A stretch of 64,000 bases of DNA from Raja brachyura (taxonomy: Eukaryota), in contig OY740791.1 of the NCBI GenBank assembly GCA_963514005.1, forward strand, positions 52,390,001 to 52,454,000. The letters run 5' to 3'. The notes below the pieces were generated by a model. The model was not told where the DNA came from. It worked only from the letters and a program-made list of their open reading frames with translations, and did not search any database. Positions 23,234 to 34,574 of the stretch are shown here, piece by piece (position 1 is the first letter of the stretch; each line of letters begins with the position of its first letter). A program made the position numbers and the translations under genes.

Positions 23234-26200
23234 AATAGAATAGAATAGAATAGTTTCATTATTGTCATTGTAACATGAACCATGTACAACAAAATTTAAA
23301 AATGTCAACCAGTCAGTGCAACATTCAAACATAAAAGCTAACGATACATACAAGGTAAAATATTAAAAAAGATAAACAACTAAAATAAATATGAAATTAG
23401 CACACATAAACACCCAACCCTACATCCTTCTGTCGATTTCACAGTGTACCAACCACAGTCCCTTAGTCCCCGCGTTCCTTGGCGGCTACATTTAATGCCT
23501 TTATAGCAGTGGGGTAAAAACTGTTTTTAAGTCTGCTTGTCCTTGTAGATCTGTACCGTCTGCCTGACGGCAACAGTTCAAACAGGGAGTGTCCGGGGTG
23601 GGAAATATCCTTTATAATATTCTGGGATTTTTTGATGCAGCGGGAGCTGTGTAAGTCTTCCAAGGTAAGGAGAGGGCAGCCGACAATCCTCTGGGCGTTG
23701 TCAATGGCCCTCTGGAGCGCTTTCCTCTGAGCTGCTGTGCAGCTGGTGTACCACACGCATACACAGTATGTTAGGATGCTCTCAATGGAGCACCGATAAA
23801 AGGACAGCAGCAGTCTCTGTGTGATGTTATTCTTCCTGAGCACCCTCAGGAAGTGCAGTCTCTGCTGGACCTTTTTCAGCAGCGCAGAGGTGTTCACGCT
23901 CCACGTCAGGTCCTCCTCAATATGGATTCCCAGGAAGCGGAAATCAGCCACCCTCTCCACACAGTCCCCTCTGATGATTAGTGGTATGAGTTCTGTTTTG
24001 TTCTTCCTGAAGTCTATTATTATCTCCTTGGTCTTTAAGGTGTTCAGGAGCAGGTTATTTTCTCCACACCACACTGTCAGCTGCTCCACCTCATCCCGAT
24101 AGGCGTACTCGTCCACCCCGGAGATGAGCCGCACCACCGTAGTGTCATCTGCAAATTTGACAATGGTGTTGCTGTGATGGGCAGAGGTGCAGTCATGTGT
24201 GTAGATGGTGTAGAGCAGGGGGCTCAGCACGCAGCCATGTGGAGAGCCGGTACTGAGGCTGAGGGCCGTGGATGTGTGATGGCCCATTCTGACTCTCTGG
24301 CTGCGGCCCGACAGGAAGCTATTTATCCACATGCAGGTGGATTGTGGAAGTCCCAAGTCCCCCAGTTTGTCCACCAGTTTTTGGGGAAGGATAGTATTAA
24401 AAGCAGAGCTGTAGTCCACAAAGAGCATTCGCACATAGCTTCCCCGCTGCTCCAGGTGGGACAGTGCAGCATGGAGAGCTGTGGCTACAGCGTCCTCTGT
24501 AGATCTATTCGCTCTGTACGCAAACTGGTGGGGGTCAAAGCTTCGGGGCAGGAGTGATGTGATATGACCCCGGACCAGTTTTTCAAAGCACTTCATCACC
24601 ACTGGTGTGAGTGCGACTGGCCGGTAGTCGTTGAGGCTGGAAATGTGGGGGTTTTTGGGCAAGGGGACTATGGTGGAGGACTTCAGACAGGGTGGGACAG
24701 TTGACTGGGCCAGAGACTGGTTAAATATCGTCGTGAAGACTCCCGCCAGCTGGTCTGCGCAGTCCTTCAGCACGCGTCTAGAGACGCCGTCGGGTCCAGT
24801 AGCCTTCCTTGGATTGATGGCCCGCAGCGAGCGCCTCACCTCATGCTCCTCTATCGTGAGGGTTAGGCTACTGTGGACCATATGGTGTGTTGTGGCTGTC
24901 TCAGGTGGCTCCACTTCAAAGCGAGCAAAGAAGAGGTTCAGCTCCTCTGCCAACGAGGCGTCACCCTCAGCAGCTCCAAGGTTTGTCTTATAATTGGTGA
25001 GATACTGGATCCCCTGCCACACCTGCCTGCTGTTGTTACTGTCCAGGTGGTCCTCTATCTTCCTCCTGTAGTCTGACTTGGCATCTCTGATGCCTCTCTT
25101 CAGGTTAGCTCGGGCCGTGCTGTATAAAGCCCTATCACCAGACCTAAAAGCAGTGTTCCTCTCTTTTAACAGCCGCTGGACCTCCCGGGTCATCCAGGGC
25201 TTCTGGTTGGGGTAGACCCGGATTTGTTTGTCCACTGTGACCGTGTCCATGCAATTTTTAATGTAACACAGTACTCTGTCTGTGAACAACTCCAGGTCCC
25301 GGTGTTCAAACACATCCCAGTTGGTCCTGTCGAGGCAGTCCTGCAGCTGCTGAGATGCACCATCAGGCCAAGTTGTGATGGTCTTTGTGATGGGAGGAGC
25401 GGTTTTCCTGAGGGGGGCATATGCAGGAATTAAAAGCAGGGACATATGGTCTGACTGACCCAGGTGTGGTAGTGGTCTAGCCCTGTAGCCCAGCTTGATG
25501 TTGGAGTAGACCTTGTCTAGTGTGTTAGCTCCTCTTGTAGCACATTTAGCATGCTGGTAGAATTTTGGGAGCATTTTCTTCAATTCCGCGTGATTAAAGT
25601 CCCCTGCTATGATGTGAACACCGTCCGGATATATGCTCTGTTGACTGCTAGTGCTACCGTACAAATGTCCGATAGCCGATTTAGCATTAGCATCCGGTGG
25701 TATGTACACAGCAGTTATCATGACAACAGTAAACTCTCTAGGGAGATAAATGGGCCTGCATTTAACAGTCACATACTCCAGGTCTGGGGAGCAGTTACTG
25801 TCTACAATCACTGTGTTTGTGCACCAGGTGTTGTTCACGTACACACAGAGCCCTCCACCTCTGCTCTTACCAGAGTCTCTTGTCCTGTCATGACGCTGTG
25901 CTGTGTAGCCTGCTAGCTCGATTGCAGAGTCCGGAATGGATGAATTAAGCCAGGTCTCCGTGATCAACAGGATACAGCTGTCCTTCACGGCGTTGTTAGC
26001 TGCGGTCTGTAGCCTCAGTTCGTCCATCTTGTTAGCCAGGGATCTGGCGTTCGTGAGAAACAGGCTGGGAAGCGGTGGTTTCAGTGGCTGCCTCTGTAGC
26101 CTGGCCAACGCGCCGGCCCTGCAGCCTCGCTTTTTCCTTTTCTCTCTACGCCGTCTTCACATCCTCCCCGCGGGGATGGTAATCCACGGAGAGTCGGGGC

Positions 26201-26437
26201 TCCTCGCTATGTCCGCCGGGATCTTATGTGCGCGGACAAACTCGGCGGTAACCCCCCGTTCGCGATCGGCTCCAATTCTAAGAAGGTCTTGATGGTCGTA
26301 GATCCTGTCCGCCCGACAGTAAGTACACAGGGCACAAAACAACACGCACACATATACAAAAAACACAAAGCACTGACCAGGAGAACATCGAGCTGCTGCA
26401 ACTGTGTGCACCGCCATCTTTACTCTGGTTCCCTGGT
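23234..26437 (-). mobile_element. Rex1/Babar non-LTR retrotransposon, apparently full length
   Basis: Single EN-RT ORF, (CTATT)n 3' tail at 23234-23252, and clearly higher GC than the flanks. Confidence 0.93.
23463..26417 (-). pseudogene. Rex1/Babar APE-endonuclease plus RT ORF (985 codons, one in-frame TGA at 26157-26159)
   Basis: ORFs 26157..26447 and 23463..26108 are in the same frame. EN motifs ITETWL, AGDFNH, TLDKVY, SDH; RT motifs DYRPVALT, DYSSAFNT, GSPHGCVLSP, KFADD; C-terminal QQRLHFLRVL. Confidence 0.9.
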
Positions 26438-26664
26438 TATAGAGCAATGTCTATTCCCATGCTTCTGTGTCAGAACTGAGATTGCCCATTCAGACAAAAA
26501 TAGTGCAGTAGAGCTAGAAGGGACTGTTGTGCAATGATCTTTCCAAAGTTTGAGCCCGCCTCAATGATCTCTTTTAATCGCTGGAGGCATCCTGCAGCTT
26601 CTTAATTCACTGAGACTCAATTCATCTTCTTCGCTGGTTTGAAGTATTAGGTTCTTAATTTTTC
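26438..26664 (-). mobile_element. ERV pol segment (RT connection domain)
   Basis: Reverse strand reads ..QRLKE..PF.LY..AISVLTQKHGNRH, resembling the retroviral GVLTQ..G...RP motif. Confidence 0.6.
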
Positions 26665-29600
26665 TTTTTTTTTAATATATATTTTTATTAGAGGCCATAC
26701 GTATTACAAATAATATGATAATTTTTTCAGATATACATATTACATCTTTCCAAAATTATATAAATATTACCAAGCCATATATAGGCCTCAATTTTTTTAA
26801 TAGTGTGAAAAATTAAAAAATAAAGAAAGAATAGAGAATAATTTAAAGAGTGTGATTATAATTTTGATTAAAAGAGAAAAAGAGAAAGAGAGAAAAAAAA
26901 AGGAAAAACATATAACTAATAAACAATTATTATACTTAAAGATAAAAAAAAACAGTATACATCTTAACAATGAATGGAACAATTTCTAATTATAATATAT
27001 GGAGACAAGTATATAAATCTCAGATTAAACATTTTCGTTTGATCTTACCACCGGGTACTTATTGAGTTTCAATGCTGAGCCCAGCTACCCCTTCATATAA
27101 TCAGTGAATGGAGACCATATTTGTTCAAAAAACTCGTGTTTATCCATTAGGATAAACCTAATTCTCTCCAATTGCAACGTCTCCAACATTTCCACTGTCC
27201 ACATTTTAATTGTAGGGGATAATTGTCCCTTCCAAAATTTTAATATTAATTTTTTTCCAATTATTAAACAATAATCCAGAAAGTTTCTTTGATTTGCTGT
27301 TAATGTTTGATTTGAATCTGAAACACCAAATATTATTAATTTTGAGTCAGGAATTAATGTGATCTTAAGAACTATGGAAATAATTTTGAAAATCTCAGTC
27401 CAATAACTATTAAGTTTTGTACATATTACAAAACTATGAGTTAAATCAGCTTCTATGTGCTGACATTTATCACACAATGGTGATATATTAGGAAAAATTC
27501 TATTTAATTTCTTTTTTGAGTAATGTAATCTATGTAATACTTTGAATTGTATCAAAGTATGTCTGGCATTTAACAAACAGCGATGAATTCGTTGTAAGCT
27601 TTCTTCCCAAAAATCTTCTGATATCAGTAAACCAGTTTCATTTTCCCATTTTTGTCGAAATGATTCAGTTGTTGGTATTTCCCCGTCCAAAAGAATGTTT
27701 TATTTATTTATATATAATATGTGATATATAGATATATATATATATTCACAGAAAAATTAATAGCGTATATATGTAAATGTATGCTATTAATTTTTCTGTG
27801 TTTGGATGCTTATTAAGTACGTCATCCAGTAAACATGGATCTCTATTTCTGTAATCTTGCGTATTTGATTTGACATAATCTCTGATTTGTAAATATCTAA
27901 ATAAATTATTTGCTTGCAATCCATAAATCTCTTTCAACTCCTGAAATGAGAGAAATTTCCCATTCCTATAAAGATGTTCTATCCTTATTATTCCTAAATT
28001 TTTCCAATGTCTAAACCCCACATCCAATGTCGAGGGCTTAAACAGAGGTTTATTCATAATTGGTAAACAAAGCGGCATAGTTTCTAAATGTAAAGTCTTA
28101 ACGATTTGCTTCCAAATACGTATATTATTTAAAATTATAGGATTTTCCTTATATGTTTTTTTTCTACCACCCTTGGGGCAAGGAGTATTGTACTTATATC
28201 GAAGGGTAAACAATCTTCCTTTTCTATTCTTAACCAAACTGGGTCCTGTTCCATATGTACCAGCCAAAAATTAAAGTTCTTAATCTGAACCGCCCAAAAA
28301 TAATATAAAAAATTAGTTAGAGCTAGGCTACCATTTATCTTAGATTTACATAAGTGTATTTTACTTATTCTGTGATTTTTATAATCCCAAATAAAGCTGT
28401 TGACAATGGAATCAATTTTAAAAAAAAAATAAAAAAATTTAGGAAGATATAGCGGGATGGCTTGAAATAAATATAGTAATTGTGGCAAAAAAATCATTTT
28501 AATGGCATTTATTCTACCAATCATTGATATCGGTAATGTTTTCCAATATAAGATATTATTTTTAAATTTATTTAGTAATTGGGGGAAATTTGATTTAAAT
28601 AGAGAATTATAAGATTTTGATACATTAATTCCAAGATATTTAATTTGATTATTAACTATTTTAAATGGAAATGTTTGTACTTTATTCAATTTTATTCCTG
28701 TTATAGGCATAATTTCACTTTTATTCCAATTAATTCTATATCCTGAGAACATACTAAATTCAGTTATAACATCAAGTAATTTAGGAATACTAATCTCAGG
28801 TTTTGTTATGTATATCAAAACATCGTCTGCATATAAAGATATTTTGTTAATTGTGGTTTTAGTATTGTATCCATAAATTTCTGGTTCTGATCTAATCCTT
28901 TCGGCTAATAATTCTGTAGCGAGTGCAAATAATAAGGGTGATAACGGACAACCTTGTTTACAACCCCTAGAAAGATTAAATTTTGCTGATAACATTTGAT
29001 TTGTTAGGATTCTTGCTGTTGGGCCAGAGTATAAAATTCTAACCCATTTGCAAAATCCTTCTCCCAGTTGAAATTTCTGCATTATCCTAAATAAGTAAGG
29101 CCATTCGACCTGGTCAAATGCCTTTTCTGCATCCAGGGATATAACTGCTAATTCAATATCATTCACTCTTTTCGAATAAATGATATTAAATAGACGTCTT
29201 AAATTATAAGTGGAATATCGTTTAGGAATACAACCTGTTTGATCATGATGTATTCATTTATTGATCACTAAACTTAACCTTTGAGATAAAATTTTTGTTA
29301 ATATTTTTTGATCTGTATTTAAAAGAGCTATTGCTCTATATGATCCTGGGTCTTCTAGATCTTTATCTGCTTTAGGAATAAGTGTAATTGTGGATTATTT
29401 TAGGGTTTCTGGAAGCTGTTCTTGCTCATAGGCATCTTTATATATGTATGTATGTGTGTGTGTGTGTATGTGTGTATATATATGTATATATATGTATAGT
29501 TTGTAGCCGTGGGGCGATCAAATCATGAAACTTCTTATAAAATTCAACACCTAAACCGTCGGGGCCAGCAGCTTTACCGTTCTTCAATGATCTAATTGAT

Positions 29601-30810
29601 TCCTCAATATCTTTTGCTGATATTTCAGCATGTAATAATTCTCTACCTTCCTGATCTAATCCGTTAATATGACATTCCTGGAGAAATACTTCCATTCCAT
29701 CGGATTGATCCATCACCTTTGATGTGTAAAGTTTTTGATAGTATTGTTGGAATCTATCATTAATGTCTTTTGGTAAAGTTAATATTTCTCCTTGTTCAGA
29801 TCTGACCTTATATATCATTTTTTCTTCATCTGATTTTTTTTTTTAGTTGACAAGCTAACAATTTATGTGGTTTGTCCCCGAATTCAAAATATACTTGTTT
29901 GGTCTGTTGAAAAAGTTTAATAACATACTTTGATTATATCTCATTTAACTTATATTTTAATGTTGCAATTTTGTTATGTATAACCCTAGATGGAGACACA
30001 GCATTTTCCATGTCCAACTGCCTTATTTCATTTTCCAAATTCTGTTGAATCTTTCGGTTTTCCTTATTAAGATGTGCCTGTGCAGATATTATAGCACCAC
30101 GTATAAAAGCTTTAAATGTGTCCCATAAAAGAGACGATGAAATTCCAGGTTTATCATTAGTCTCAAAGAATAATTCAATCTGTTTAACCAGATAATCATA
30201 ACAAGCCTTATCATTTAATATTTGAGGATTAAGTCTCCATTGCGAATATCTATTAGTTATACCCTTTAAATTAATCTTGAATGTTAATGGAGCATGATCT
30301 GAGATAATAAGATTATGATATTTTGAGTCATACGTAAATGGGACAAGCTTTGAATCTATTAGAAAATAATCTATCCTAGAATAAGTTCCAAATACCGGAG
30401 AGTAAAATGAGTATTCTCGACCATTGGGATTATCATTTCTCCAAATATCCTTGACATTAGCTGAACTAATAAATGAATTTATGAATTCACTTGATTTAGA
30501 TATAGCCTTCCTTTTAGTTGATGATCTATCTAAATAATTATCCAAAGTGCAATTTAAGTCACCCCCAATTATTAAATTGTGCTGTGTTACCATAGGAATA
30601 GTGTTGAATATTTTCTTAACAAACAACGGATTATCAAAATTAGGTCCATATATATTCATAAGTACAACCTTCTTTGAATATAATTCACCGGTAACTATTA
30701 TGTATCTACCTTCAGGATCTTCTATTATTGAACTATGTTTAAATTGAATACCCTTACAAATAAGTATAGCAACTCCTCGAGATTTATGGGTAAATGATGA
30801 ATGGTACACG
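26665..30810 (-). mobile_element. L1-clade LINE, 5'-truncated within the ORF2 endonuclease, frameshifted
   Basis: EN SRGVAILI, IGGDLN, YSRIDYFL, SDHAP (29934..30821); RT SLDAEKAFD, GCKQGCPLSP, LYADD (28135..29166); C-terminal CDKC..H (27085..27690). Poly(A) at about 26665. 16-bp TSD aggttctt(a/c)atttttc at 26649-26664 and 30811-30826. Confidence 0.93.
29438..29497. repeat. (TA)n/(TG)n compound microsatellite inside L1 ORF2
   Basis: tatatatgtatgtatgtgtgtgtgtgtgtatg... interrupts the reading frame. Confidence 0.9.
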
Positions 30811-30826
30811 AGGTTCTTCATTTTTC

Positions 30827-31380
30827 TGAGTTAAATTGCTGATAGATTTTGTACCAGTTTATATTGATCTTCTTCTTCTTTCAGTTTCGGAACTGCAAGA
30901 GTAGGGATGTTATGTGAGGACAACCTTTATAGTTCTTGTAGATTGGGTAGTAGTTTTATTCTGGCATTTCCCGAATCAATCTATCAATGCTATTGGTGGC
31001 TGATGATGTTCTTGGATATTAAAGGAAAAGTGTTATCACTTTCTTGGGAGCTAATTGGATGGGATTGATGTTCACGCATGCTACCTGAGCTGTGTCATCT
31101 GCCCACACTTGAGGGTCCACATACTCGAATACCTCACTCCCCAGGTGATGACGTAGGTAGGTAACATTGTCCTGGAGGCCTAATAAAACTCACCATTTTA
31201 GTTACATACATTTACTTTAATTGTTCGAGTCTGCCATAGTAATTGCTCCTTTCCACTATTGTTCTGGAATCTCTTGCACTTGCTCAACAATTTCGTTAAT
31301 CTTACTGGTATCTCAGTGTATTCTATAGCTCCATTCTCTCCTTCCAACTAGTGCCAAAGCTTTTACTCCAATTACCTTAA
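30827..31380 (-). mobile_element. ERV pol segment (RT N-terminus)
   Basis: Reverse strand reads VDPQVWADDTAQVACVNINPIQLAPK and HNIPTLAVPKLKEEEDQYKLVQNLSAI, matching the retroviral NTPILPVxK..YRLVQDLRAVN motif. Confidence 0.8.
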
Positions 31381-31381
31381 T

Positions 31382-32018
31382 TGGGGGTCTACCGTCTACT
31401 CCACAGTCAAAAAGGCACAACAGAGGATGTACTTTCTCCGGCAGCTGAGGAAGCACAATCTGCCACAGGCAATGATGGTCCAATTTTACACGGCCATCAT
31501 AGAGTCTGTTCTCACCTTCTCCATCATGGTCTGGTTTGGTTCAGCCACCAAGCACAACACCTGGAGGCTGCAGTGAATCATCCGATCAGCAGAGAAGGTT
31601 ATTGGCTGCAACCTTCCCTCCATTGATGAACTGTACACTGCAAGGATCAGGAAGCGAGCGGGCAAGATCATGTCTGACCCCTCTCACCCTGGCAACAAAC
31701 TCTTTGAATCACTTCCCTCTGGAGGGCGAATCCGGACTGTCAAAGCTGCCACAGCCAGACATAAAAACAGTTTTTATCCACGAGTAGTTGCTTTACTCAA
31801 CAGCCAAAAATCTGCAGCCTCCCTTTGATCTGATATTTTGTTGGTTCACATGCTTGATCAATGGTGTTTTATCATTAATATTTTATTATTATTATTAGTG
31901 TTTAGTGTTTTCTGAGTCATTCGTAACTGTCACTTGTTTCAAGTTGTTTCTTGTTGGGCAGAGGACCAAGACAAATTCCTTGTATGTGACTACTTGGCCA
32001 ATAAACTTACTTACTTAC
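31382..32018 (+). mobile_element. Rex1/Babar LINE 3' fragment (second family)
   Basis: KKAQQRMYFLRQLRKHNL..FYTAIIESVLT..VWFG; (CTTA)n tail after aataaa. Confidence 0.88.
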
Positions 32019-32260
32019 ATCCCAGTCCTTCATGCGGTTTAAAGAAGGCCTCCAGCTCTTTATTCTACCCACTGCTGTTGTAAGCCAGTGTAATATGGCG
32101 TGGCGGTTCTTCATCCAAATCTAAGGACCACCATTGAGGGGTCACTATGGAGTAACACTGCTGTAAGGAAGCCCAGGGGCTCGATGCTAAATCTGAATGA
32201 CTTTGTAAATTATATGGAACACAATGTGGAGCACAGGTTGTCTTTTCAATATAGACATTA
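32019..32260 (-). mobile_element. ERV pol segment upstream of RT (protease-RT spacer)
   Basis: PQWWSLDLDEEPPRHITLAY in ORF 32065..32379; colinear with the RT N-terminal piece once the Rex1 fragment is removed. Confidence 0.5.
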
Positions 32261-32649
32261 AGCTGCCATCTTAATGTCTTTATTGAAAAGCCAAGGCATA
32301 AAGAAGACAAGACAAGGCATAAAGAAGCCAAGATTGAAAAAAATAGCTGACGCGCCCGAGATAAGTAATAACTTGTCATTGGATGAGCTTGATTTGGACC
32401 CAGCCTTCCTATCTTCTGAAAGGCTACAGAAACATTCAGTCATGCCATATTCAGACTTGGTAGGAGTGTTTTACTGATAAGAAAAATGAATAATTGTGCT
32501 AACTCTCCATTGTTCTGTGAGTGGGGGCCCGGGAAGCACTGAGCAATGTTTGTGCTCATTGTAGATATTTTGCCACTCCCGTCTGACGAATCAATTAAAG
32601 ATTGCCATGGTCTACCTTTAACATTTTTTGTTGCTATCTGCTTTTAAGA

Positions 32650-32990
32650 AACAAACTTTCACAATGGAGGAGGCCAAGACCAGACAGGCCAATGTGGGAA
32701 TGGGGAGATGAATTAACCTGGAACTCCAGATGTCTGCAAAGGACAGTGTGCAGATGCTTGGCAAAACAGTCACCTAGTCTGCGCTTGGTCTCACTTATGT
32801 AGAGGAGATCAAAATGAGAGCTCCTAATGCAATAGGTAAGGTTAGAGGAGGTGGTTGTAAATCTCTACCTCGCCTAGAAGGGCTGTTTGGGTCTCTGGAT
32901 GGTGGTGAGGATGGAAATATAGGGATCAGTGTGGCTCAGTTGCAGGGTAAGTGCCCGGGGAAGGGAAGGAATTGGTGATGTGTGAGATAT
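32650..32990 (-). mobile_element. Penelope-like element GIY-YIG fragment
   Basis: Reverse strand reads LYISETKRRLGDCFAKHLHTV. Confidence 0.75.
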
Positions 32991-33471
32991 TACCATTTGG
33001 TAAGAAAAATATGAAATTGATTGAAAAATAAGAACCATTGTAGCAGTAAGGGCATTGAATATATTGTTTTGCAGAACTGAATACTTTCCAAATGTTAATT
33101 TGATGTTATTCACTTATTGTTTTAGAAAAGGATATGGAGTAAATATGAACACGAGAATGATACCAAACCCATGGTATTTATTTTAAATGATGCATTGTTT
33201 TTTTTTAATCAATTTGTAATAGAGAAAGTGTCTGAAATTGAACTTGAACTTGTGCTTGTGGAAACGAACAAAGCGGGAGGCTTTCTATATCCAAAATTAC
33301 AAAACTCATGACACTAAAGATTGTACGGAATTCATCATTAACAAATAATTTGGGGTCCAAGCTAAACTGTTTGAAAACGTTTAGCTCCATGACATCTGAA
33401 TGTGCCTTTGTTAACAACATGTTTACTGAGAGATGTAGAAAGTGATTTGTCTCCTTACGTTCCTGCTTTTC

Positions 33472-33533
33472 CTATCTATCGACATGCATATATTCAGCAG
33501 GATTACTGGTCTCAGGTGCTGGTGCCTCATTTC
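33472..33533 (-). CDS. CD4/LAG-3-like Ig receptor, coding exon 8 (cytoplasmic, GNEAPAPETSNPAEYMHVDR*)
   Basis: Acceptor ccccttttcag, phase 1, open to TAG at 33472-33474. An in-phase GTAAGG donor follows at 33458. Confidence 0.6.
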
Positions 33534-34407
33534 CTGAAAAGGGGATTTTTTTCTGATTAAAACATGAAAGCTACTTCAGATGTTTCAACAAAAAATGCTC
33601 GATTGTTACAGAGAGCTACGAGAATATTTGGGAACATGTGCTCAGTCCATTAGAGAAAACAATCCTGTCTAAAGACAAGGTAGACAAAAATGCTGGAGAA
33701 AATCCAGGGGTGAGGCAGCATCTATGGAGCGAAGGAAATAGGCAACGTTTAAAGCCAAGCTCATTGGAGACTGAATCTTTGGCTTCACTTGTGATGAGTA
33801 GTAATGACATTGTTATTTTTATATAGTTCAAGAGATTACTCCCACTAGCCGCTAAATGGACAGCATGGTTAGGGGGAATGTCTTTATACACATGTGAGCT
33901 CACCATCCGAGACCTTCAGAGCTTCTTCACAGATAAATCTTCAAAACACAGTCCTTTGAATAATAAATTCTTTATTGGTGATGAAAAACAATAAGGTACA
34001 TCCAAACTTCTTCCGACTCATTACTATAATCTTCTTTGAACTCCAGCTTATCGCTTTAAACATTAGAAAATTCCTCGTATCTCCGTTACAGTTCCCATGG
34101 TCAAAGAGTAAACCTTCTCCATGCTGGTCCGAAACTAAAACTAACAACTAAGCTTCCACACAAGAAACGTAGCCCCAAACATGCCCAAAAATACTTCATA
34201 AATCCCACCCACAATATAACGGGCAGTCTAAAATTTAAAGACACATGCCATCTTCAATGAAACACAAAACAAGCCAAATGGCCAATGCATACCGCCCCCT
34301 AATTGTTCCGACTATATAACGAGGCAATTATTAATAAACATCAAAAAAGTAGCCATGAAGGCTTAACATATATCAAAAACAAAGAGTCAGGGAATTTAAC
34401 CCCTTGG

Positions 34408-34479
34408 CTCCGCGTCGGCGAATTGAACACCGGTCTACCGTGTGACAGGCGAGGATACTAACCGCTATACTAAAGAGAG
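34408..34479 (-). tRNA. tRNA-Asp(GTC)-like sequence, probably degenerate, inside the BEL 3' region
   Basis: Minus strand ..TTAGTATAGCGGTTAGTATCCTCGCCTGTCACACGGTAGACCGGTGTTCAATTCGCCGACGCGGAG matches vertebrate tRNA-Asp. A and B boxes and the GTC anticodon are kept; stems are imperfect. Confidence 0.75.
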
Positions 34480-34574
34480 AAAAAAGCATGCACTATATAT
34501 CCGCAATCAAAATTCTTCATCGACTCTTCCATCTTCAATTTCGCCTTCTAGAAGAAAATATAACTTGATTATTA

